Assembly (NCBI GenBank): GCA_030141605.1
Contig: JAQGDQ010002156.1
Coordinates: forward strand, 1 to 12,602
Reading direction: 5' to 3'
DNA length: 12,602 nt
Origin: Tubiluchus corallicola
Lineage: Eukaryota; Animalia; Priapulida
Below the pieces are notes generated by a model. It was not told the origin of the DNA, searched no databases, and saw nothing but the letters and a program-made list of their open reading frames with translations. How positions within the stretch are numbered: the stretch's first letter is position 1; each line of letters opens with the position of its first letter. Positions 8,379 through 12,602 of this stretch are shown one piece after another. The position numbers and the translations under genes were made by a program.

Positions 8379-8583
8379 CTGTAGTAACATCTTTATGTTC
8401 ATTGAAAGCAGCAAAAGGTATATAAGGTCTCCGTACGTCCCAAATGTTAATACTAAAATCGACCACTTGTGAACAGCTGGCGATGTGATACTTGCGTTGA
8501 GGACGCCATTTTATTCGAGCGACAGAAGCGATTGTTTGTATGCAACTTTCCAAGAGAGGCTTGGCAAACTGAATATCCCAGAC
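8379..8583 (-). CDS. WDR24: WDR24 internal coding exon C
   Basis: VWDIQFAKPLLESCIQTIASVARIKWRPQRKYHIASCSQVVDFSINIWDVRRPYIPFAAFNEHKDVTT(G) versus human QTIASVARVKWRP...[22 protein letters not shown]. Acceptor tttattaag|; donor CAG|gtttgt; 205 nt, phase 0 to 1. Confidence 0.96.
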
Positions 8584-8695
8584 CTTAATAAACAAGAAAT
8601 GACTTTGAGAGAAAAGACTTTATCTCTTTTACTTCACCATAAAAGAATATTGACTTTAGGATGAAACAGTTCAAGAAGGACTGAATGGTCTAGCG

Positions 8696-9155
8696 CAGGG
8701 GTGTGCAAATTGCGGCCAGCGAAGAGATTTGTCAACCTAATGAAAGTGCAGCCCGGGCGATTAATTGAGGTATCCAGCTGAAGTCCGTGCCACCATCCCA
8801 AAGATAGTGTGGGTAGTTTTTTCTACTAGATCGGATGCCATTCACCCTTACAAGATGGTTGTAGCTTAATGTCACTGCACTACATAGACTGTGTGATACG
8901 CATTACTAATATGCATTGTAATGAAATTACCACTATCTGTCCTGAAAGTAGAAATATATGGTTTGTAATATAAATTTTAATAACTTCTAAAATAGTTTTT
9001 TGAGTGTAGTAGTAATGATGTACGCAGGTCGGATGCAAAAAAAATCGTTACTAGGTCCTACTGTACTTGGCTCCTTGATCAAACTGCATGTGGCCTGCAG
9101 GAATTGCGGGAAAGTTTAATGTGGCCCGGCTAGTCAGATAATTTGCACACCCCTG
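8696..9155. mobile_element. hAT (Charlie-like) MITE family B, copy 2, inverted relative to copy 1
   Basis: Perfect 15-bp TIR CAGGGGTGTGCAAAT / ATTTGCACACCCCTG. Perfect 8-bp TSD GTCTAGCG (8688-8695 and 9156-9163), similar to the NTCTAGAN target preference of Charlie-type hATs. Confidence 0.96.
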
Positions 9156-9732
9156 GTCTAGCGGTAAAAATGTCAAGTTTGCAAACTAAATTTTTCTGGT
9201 TTAAAATCAAGACTCAGATACATTGTTCACGTTTTTTACCACATTTAGAACACTTTCCTATTGCACGCATTTCCTCTTCAAAAACTTGAAGAAAAATCAC
9301 AGCAGAATCCTCCTATCAAGAGTAAATAAGAATGAGCAATTTGAGTGTCCACTGGTTTCATCATAGGCATACGAGGGGGTGGTACTGAGGAGGGGGAGGG
9401 GCAGTTGCCCTCCCAGAGCAAATGAGTTTTACATTTTCACGACATAAAGTATTTATTTTCAAAGCAAATATAGTAATCGTATAGTAAAAATTTTTCATTA
9501 AATATTGAATATTAAAAAATGCTTAAAATACAAAAGAATAAAATTTGTAAGGTCATGTGCATTAGAGAATGTTATAGTAAACATACAATTCCATTTTTCT
9601 AAAAATTTCTGCTAATTTCTCTGCGAAAAATGAAAATATTCGTTGAGTTCAGTTTTGCAAGAAATTTTTCACAGACTTTATTTTATTATTAGATTTATGC
9701 GTGTTTGCGTTCACTGCAACATTTAACAATAC

Positions 9733-9734
<2 letters not shown>

Positions 9735-9784
<50 letters not shown>
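9735..9784. repeat. (TTA)n microsatellite, ~16 units
   Basis: Uninterrupted TTA run. Confidence 0.97.
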
Positions 9785-10012
9785 GCTATTAACTAGATAA
9801 AGAAGAGCACAATTTAGTAAAAAAAATGATAAGTTTGACAATTTGCATTGTCATTACCAGAAAAATGCATTTTACACAAAATTATAGAAGAACAAAATAA
9901 TTAAAGTAAGAAAATTATTTACAAAGTTATTGGAAAATGTTTAATTATTTAACAGTAAAATTGTCAACAAAAACACAGCGTTCCATCTTTCCATCTTTAT
10001 TCCATCTTTTTA

Positions 10013-10064
10013 ACAAACGTAAACACAAATGTAAACACAAAGGTAAACACAAACGTAAACACAA
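10013..10064. repeat. 12-bp tandem repeat GTAAACACAAAN, 4 copies
   Basis: GTAAACACAA at 10019, 10031, 10043 and 10055. Confidence 0.9.
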
Positions 10065-10082
10065 CTATTCATCTTTTCCTAC

Positions 10083-10222
10083 CTTGATGGTTTTATCACG
10101 TCCAGCTGTAGCTATCAAACGTTTTTCCTCCGGATGCCAGTCACAGTTGAAGACGGGACCGTTGTGAGCCGTAAACTGTCTTTCACATTTGTCTGTTCTT
10201 CTCATGTCCCACAAGTCAACAA
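10083..10222 (-). CDS. WDR24: WDR24 internal coding exon B
   Basis: (V)[46 protein letters not shown] versus human [44 protein letters not shown]. Acceptor catttcag|; donor AAG|gtagga; 140 nt, phase 1 to 0. Confidence 0.95.
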
Positions 10223-10365
10223 CTGAAATGTAAACACAAACAGAATCATTAGTAAACAAGTAAATACGCAATGGCACTAACGATGTCGTAGAGTTTTTTA
10301 TTCGATTCATCGTTACTAATTTCAATTCAGTAATCGCATATATTAATTATGCTGTTATGGGCTGA

Positions 10366-10390
10366 ATATATTTATATATATATATATATA
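10366..10390. repeat. (TA)n microsatellite
   Basis: ATATATTTATATATATATATATATA. Confidence 0.85.
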
Positions 10391-11200
10391 AGATTCGAGG
10401 CTACAGCTTCGACGAAGGCACCATTTGCGGCGATCTATACATCAAACGAAAGGTCTGGATCTAGTGTCGTGCCATTGATGGTTTATTTTTCGAATCGGCT
10501 CCACCGGGATGAACGGGGGGCGAAAAACCTCTAAAAATGGCTTTTTGCAAAACTTATACGTCTGAGATTTGGAGAACGGAAACGAGCTGATGGTAGTGCT
10601 GGCTATGGATAGATAGCCCGTTCAGCAATGGGTGTCATAGGCATATTTAGAATTTGTTAGAGGGCCACGGCATTCCATAATGCACGTTTTCCCGGACCCA
10701 ACTCCCGAGTTTTTCGAAATTTTGACCAAACAGCATGCGGAAAAAATGTTCTAGCGGTGCCTGGTGGGACTCTCGGAAGGAGATATCTAGCTCTTTAGAA
10801 AGAGGAAGAACAGGGCTACACGATGGTGTGGGCTATATTTTAGGACACGTCCACCAAGAGGAGTGCCGACGAGTTAATTAGATGTTCTATTTTTGGCAAT
10901 TTTCGCTTAGAAAACTGCTGACGCAAAGCCATTGTTCTGACGTCATCCATTATACTCTGCCTATAATCTTATAACTTTAATTCAGTAAAAGCTACTGTTC
11001 GCTTTACATTAGGTAAATAAATGAGTACTAAGTAGGATGTTCGCATATTTTTGATTATAAGTGTATTTGTACGCAAAATTTTTTTCGAGGCCTTTGCTAG
11101 TTACTGTTAATAAATTTTGCAATGCTGAGATTTTTTGTGGTGAGTAGAGGTAGTCTACTGAACGTACTTCTTTGAGTTTCTTATAAGAAGCACCATAAAC

Positions 11201-11648
11201 AATTAGCCTTTTCACAGTTTTATTGTGCGCAGTTGTTGTAAGTCAAAGGTTAAGTGTACCACAGCAACACGTCTTAACTACAGCCATCATGTGGCATGCG
11301 CGTAAAGAAAAGCCGTGTGCCACATCAGTGCAGTAACTTACCGTCACGTGACATGTGGGTAAAGTAAAGCCATCTGTCGTATAAGTTCAGTAAACATCAG
11401 TTGTTTTACGTGAATTTTAGTTAATTATGCATTAGTCTGTGCGCTGAGTGATTTACTAGCAGGATCTTGCTTGGGAACAAGAAAAAATGAACTAGGTAAA
11501 GTTCTAGCTAGCTCTTTGAACTGTTACTATTACAACAACATGGGCTGGGAGGTGTTGTCAAGTGTTCACAAATGCGTCATCCGGTAACACTTAACCTTTG
11601 ACCTTTTTACGATCATCATCAATCGCCGGAACCGTGAAAAGGCTTATT
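11201..11648. mobile_element. MITE family A, copy 2, inverted relative to copy 1
   Basis: TIR AATTAGCCTTTTCACAGTT / AACCGTGAAAAGGCTTATT (17/19). Subterminal inverted repeat GTCAAAGGTTAAGTGT / ACACTTAACCTTTGAC. Interior is homologous to the reverse complement of 1769-2157. Confidence 0.88.
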
Positions 11649-11753
11649 CATCCAACCACCCCACCAAGGTAAGTAACATCAATTATCATTAGCTGTTGGT
11701 ATTTAAATTTATCTGCGTCGCGTAAAATGTGCCGTTACTTTAGTGCAACGTAC

Positions 11754-11972
11754 CGTTATCATGAGTAGCGGAAAACTGAAAATAATGATGAGGATTGAAC
11801 TGCACGTCTCTCACACAATCCTGCCCGGCATGGAATACACTACACGATTCCTTCTTTCTTAAATCAAATAGGATCATGGTGCCATCTAGTGAGCCACTAA
11901 GTAACAAATGAGCTTCCGTGGGATGAAAAGACACCTTGTTCACAGTACGCTTATGCTCAGCGAACACCAGAT
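11754..11972 (-). CDS. WDR24: WDR24 internal coding exon A (WD40 repeats)
   Basis: Translates (D)[72 protein letters not shown], matching recalled human WDR24 [31 protein letters not shown]...VRDVQF. Acceptor ctttcag|AT; donor G|gtacgt (phase 1). The exact donor is slightly uncertain (see findings). Confidence 0.93.
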
Positions 11973-12602
11973 CTGAAAGTAGTCAAAAGAAAACCGGATC
12001 TAATCTTAAACTGTACGTCAAAACAATCTAATCTTTAAAATATTGAAAAAGAACATACTATTTTTTTGCGTAAAAGAATTATTATCACACAAACATAATT
12101 TTGTATTCACAATGAATAATAATTAGGTAATAACCTGTACATAACATTTACAAAGCATAGAAAATAAACAGTACATAAAACATTTTCCAGTCCTTGCAAG
12201 AAGCAATTTCCATTCCGTAGATATTTCATTTTTTTCAAGATTGGAAGCGCTCTAAATACGGTCCAGTGTCTTTAGTACAGGCTAATAGATTCACAATATT
12301 CGTTTCGTGCGGATAACTAGTCACAATGACGCATTTAACGCTAGTAAACAGCCCAGAAAACGAACATTTTAGTTCAGCAGTGGCCGCCATCTTGAATGCT
12401 AGAGTCCAGTCCTGTCGGTAGTTTAACCAATGTGCTGGACAGGCCCCTAGTTGCCAAAGATGAATATTTGTGACGTTTTGAAGTATTTTAACAAGATGTA
12501 ACTCATGTTTACCTACACGAAGCTTTTTGATGAACGTTGTTACCTATATTTTCACCCTGATATATGCGTATTTGTATTCATTGTATTCACGCGGCTAGTA
12601 CT

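Noticed and set aside
9362-9414. G-rich tract (possible G-quadruplex or MITE end)
   Set aside because: The G-runs are irregular and no partner terminus was found. It is probably a transposon remnant but cannot be supported from this window.
6069-11215. ORFs 6069-6257, 9937-10167, 10349-10534 and 11009-11215
   Set aside because: They lie in SINE or simple-repeat sequence, or antisense to exon B, and show no recognisable protein similarity.
12380-12395. YY1-like GCCGCCATCTTG motif (also AATGGCGGCCATT near 2303)
   Set aside because: These are isolated short motifs that are common inside invertebrate transposons, with no promoter context.
11973-12602. Upstream WDR24 exon (expected ...ATAATNG..V.W...)
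   Set aside because: I found no matching translation next to the candidate donors near 12510 and 12543. The exon is probably beyond the window.

Overview
Eukaryotic (animal-like, AT-rich) genomic DNA, not prokaryotic. The window holds seven consecutive internal coding exons, on the minus strand, of a WDR24 gene (GATOR2 subunit, amino-acid sensing upstream of TORC1): 11972-11754, 10222-10083, 8583-8379, 6714-6410, 4063-3951, 1749-1631 and 889-719. All have GT-AG boundaries and compatible phases, and join to 1272 nt (~424 codons). The start and the 3' end of the gene lie outside the window. The introns are packed with repeats: two inverted copies of a hAT MITE with 8-bp TSDs, two inverted copies of a second MITE, TTAA-flanked Kolobok-like elements, a tRNA-derived SINE, a small foldback element and four minisatellites (114, 72, 59 and 20 bp units). 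The most unusual features are: (i) a 114-bp array that repeats the 3' end of a WDR24 exon, with each copy separated by a 15-nt GT..AG spacer carrying an in-frame TGA; (ii) nested inverted MITE pairs bracketing the exons; (iii) a minisatellite made from a transposon's own terminus; (iv) a minisatellite resembling the 5S rRNA internal promoter. Everything was read by eye, and homologies are from memory of the families rather than from searches.
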